This document shows, one piece after another, positions 62,440 to 64,000 of a DNA stretch of 64,000 nucleotides. The stretch spans positions 32,001-96,000 of the forward strand of contig CAWAHW010000003.1 of the NCBI GenBank assembly GCA_963781885.1, in the 5' to 3' direction. Each line of letters opens with the position of its first letter. The stretch's first letter is position 1. The position numbers were made by a program, and so were the translations under genes. The DNA is from an uncultured Spirochaetota bacterium (GTDB lineage: Bacteria; Spirochaetota; Spirochaetia; SZUA-6; Fen-1364). Below the pieces are notes generated by a model that was not told where the DNA came from, ran no database searches, and saw only the letters and a list, made by a program, of their open reading frames with translations.

Positions 62440-63135
62440 TCAGTCCGCTGTCTCCATGTGCAGGTACATGGACTGCAGGCCGACCATGCCGGGGCCCGTG
62501 AAGCGGTTCATCACGAGATTCATGCCCGCGAGCATGCCCGTGGACAGTCTCTGCATGTTCGTTTCCATCTTCACGCCGGGATCCTTGTACAGCCAGCCGC
62601 CCGGCTCGATGTCGATCTGCTCGCCGGCCGCGAGGTTCTTTTCGAAGACATTGCCGTAGCCGTGCAGCCACAGGATGCCTTCCGTTTCCGGAGCCCGGAA
62701 CTTGTCGATGAAGAAGCCGCTGCCGCCGAAAAGGATGTTCGCGACCCCTTTCACGCGCTCGAAGGTATAGTCCACGTTGCCCGTCGCGGCGAGGAACTGG
62801 TGCTCGCGCACGTGCACCTCCTGGCCCTTCTTGAGGTGGATGGCGGCAATGTGGCCCGGCCCGTCGCGGCTGAAGGCGATCTCTCCCGTGCCCTTCGCTT
62901 CCGTGACGAAGATCTGGATGCCCGCCATCATGCGCTTCATCATGCCCTTCATGGGCTTGATCCCGATCTGCACCCCTGTGTGCTTCCAGAGAAGGATGTG
63001 ATGCTCGTAATACACGGAGGCGCTTCCGCTGAGGTCAACGGTCAGGACGGGAACAAGCTCTCCGTCCAGATGGTAGGTGACCCCTGCGAAGGTCTCCTCC
63101 TTCGCGCTCGTCGCCAGAAGGACCGGTCTTTCCAT
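62440..63135 (-). CDS. AIM24-family protein
   Basis: G.GEIAFS..GPG, GGSGFF, G.LWLHGYG, FTGPG.VGLQSM; GAGG RBS; TTGACC-17-TACTCT promoter at 63216-63188. Confidence 0.85.
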   Translation of the reverse strand: MERPVLLATSAKEETFAGVTYHLDGELVPVLTVDLSGSASVYYEHHILLWKHTGVQIGIKPMKGMMKRMMAGIQIFVTEAKGTGEIAFSRDGPGHIAAIHLKKGQEVHVREHQFLAATGNVDYTFERVKGVANILFGGSGFFIDKFRAPETEGILWLHGYGNVFEKNLAAGEQIDIEPGGWLYKDPGVKMETNMQRLSTGMLAGMNLVMNRFTGPGMVGLQSMYLHMETAD

Positions 63136-63225
63136 GCTTTCCTCCTCGAAACAGGCTGTGGCAGGGCACATGACCCCGCGAGTTTCAAGAGTAGCGCCCG
63201 CCCGGGGAAGGGTCAACAGAAATGC

Positions 63226-64000
63226 TCAGGAAGCGGGCCTTTCTTTCGGGGCGCCGAACGCCGCGCGCACGGCGTCCTTTGCCATGCCGACGCCCGTGAA
63301 AGACGCCGACGCCTGACCGGGGGAAGGACGCTCCGAAGGCTCCTCCGGGCCGATCAGGGTGTCGAAGCCCCGGTCGTGGCAGGCGCGGCCGCGCTTTTCA
63401 AGCCCGGGCACCGCGCGCACTTCGCCGGTAAGGCTCACCTCGCCGACGATCGCCGTGCGCGCGGGGAGCGGCGTGGACACGCGCGCCGAGTACAGCGCCA
63501 TGGCGAGCGGCAGCTCGACGCCCACCTCCGCCACGCGAAGACCGCCGGCCACGTTCACGTAGATGTCGTGCTCGGCGAGGTGCAGCCCGAGGTGCTTTTC
63601 CAGCACTGCCGCCATCCGGGCGACCCGTCCGCCGTCGATCCTGTCAGAGTAGATGCGGCTGATGCCGCTCTTGGCCGGCACGGTGAGGGCCTGTATCTCC
63701 ACGAGCAGCACGCGCGAGCCTTCGAAAACCGGCGCAACCGCGACACCCGGGGGGATCTCCCCGTCGCGACGGGTCAGGAAGAGGCTCGACGCGTCGCTTA
63801 CCTCCTCCAGGCCCTCCTCCGTCATGCGGAAAAAGCCCATCTCGTCCACGGAGCCGAACCTGTTCTTCACTGCCTGCAGCGTCCGCACCTCGGCGCTCGC
63901 CTGGTCGAATGACAGCACCGTGTCCACGAGGTGCTCCACGAGCTTCGGTCCCGCGATGGCGCCCTCCTTCGTGACGTGAGCAACGAGCAGGAGACCCGAG
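63226..64000 (-). CDS. radA: DNA repair protein RadA/Sms (5' part outside the window)
   Basis: HVTKEGAIAGPKLVEHLVDTVL, KNRFGS, EGSR.LLVEIQAL, DIYVNVAGG, GEVSLTGEVR. Confidence 0.94.
   Translation of the reverse strand, partial: SGLLLVAHVTKEGAIAGPKLVEHLVDTVLSFDQASAEVRTLQAVKNRFGSVDEMGFFRMTEEGLEEVSDASSLFLTRRDGEIPPGVAVAPVFEGSRVLLVEIQALTVPAKSGISRIYSDRIDGGRVARMAAVLEKHLGLHLAEHDIYVNVAGGLRVAEVGVELPLAMALYSARVSTPLPARTAIVGEVSLTGEVRAVPGLEKRGRACHDRGFDTLIGPEEPSERPSPGQASASFTGVGMAKDAVRAAFGAPKERPAS

Noticed and set aside
1-64000. tRNA, rRNA, prophage or defence-system genes
   Set aside because: No cloverleaf or rRNA-like sequence, and no phage or defence protein motifs, were recognised by eye. A tRNAscan/Infernal run would be needed to exclude them fully.

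Overview
High-GC bacterial chromosomal window. The class I lysyl-tRNA synthetase and general gene style suggest a spirochaete-like organism; this is inference only. Most content is housekeeping or accessory metabolism: a CapK/PaaK-like ligase (partial), bcp, nadCB, USP, mntH, lysS, ilvBN-leuCD-ilvD, two PAS hybrid kinases, a B12-radical SAM/PadR/HAAS/DUF4097/radical SAM/MFS run, manC facing a phosphomannomutase-phosphomannose isomerase fusion, qor, tnaA, adenosine deaminase, a large GGDEF protein, hflX, a kamA/ATP-grasp/GNAT cluster, a 7-gene MoxR-VWA operon, rpe, araA, AIM24 and radA (partial). The strongest non-coding signal is an IS110/IS1111-type element (41190-42676). Its 3' non-coding region folds into two internal loops whose unpaired segments match the reconstructed target site and the predicted circle junction, as in a bridge/seek RNA. 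It has inserted into the arm of a ~120-bp direct-repeat-flanked, MITE-like element, and an empty relative of that element sits between ilvB and ilvN (9792-9912). Other signals are frequent leaderless-type promoters, a 24-bp hairpin tandem repeat, and about 8 single-base frameshifts in homopolymers that look like long-read assembly errors.
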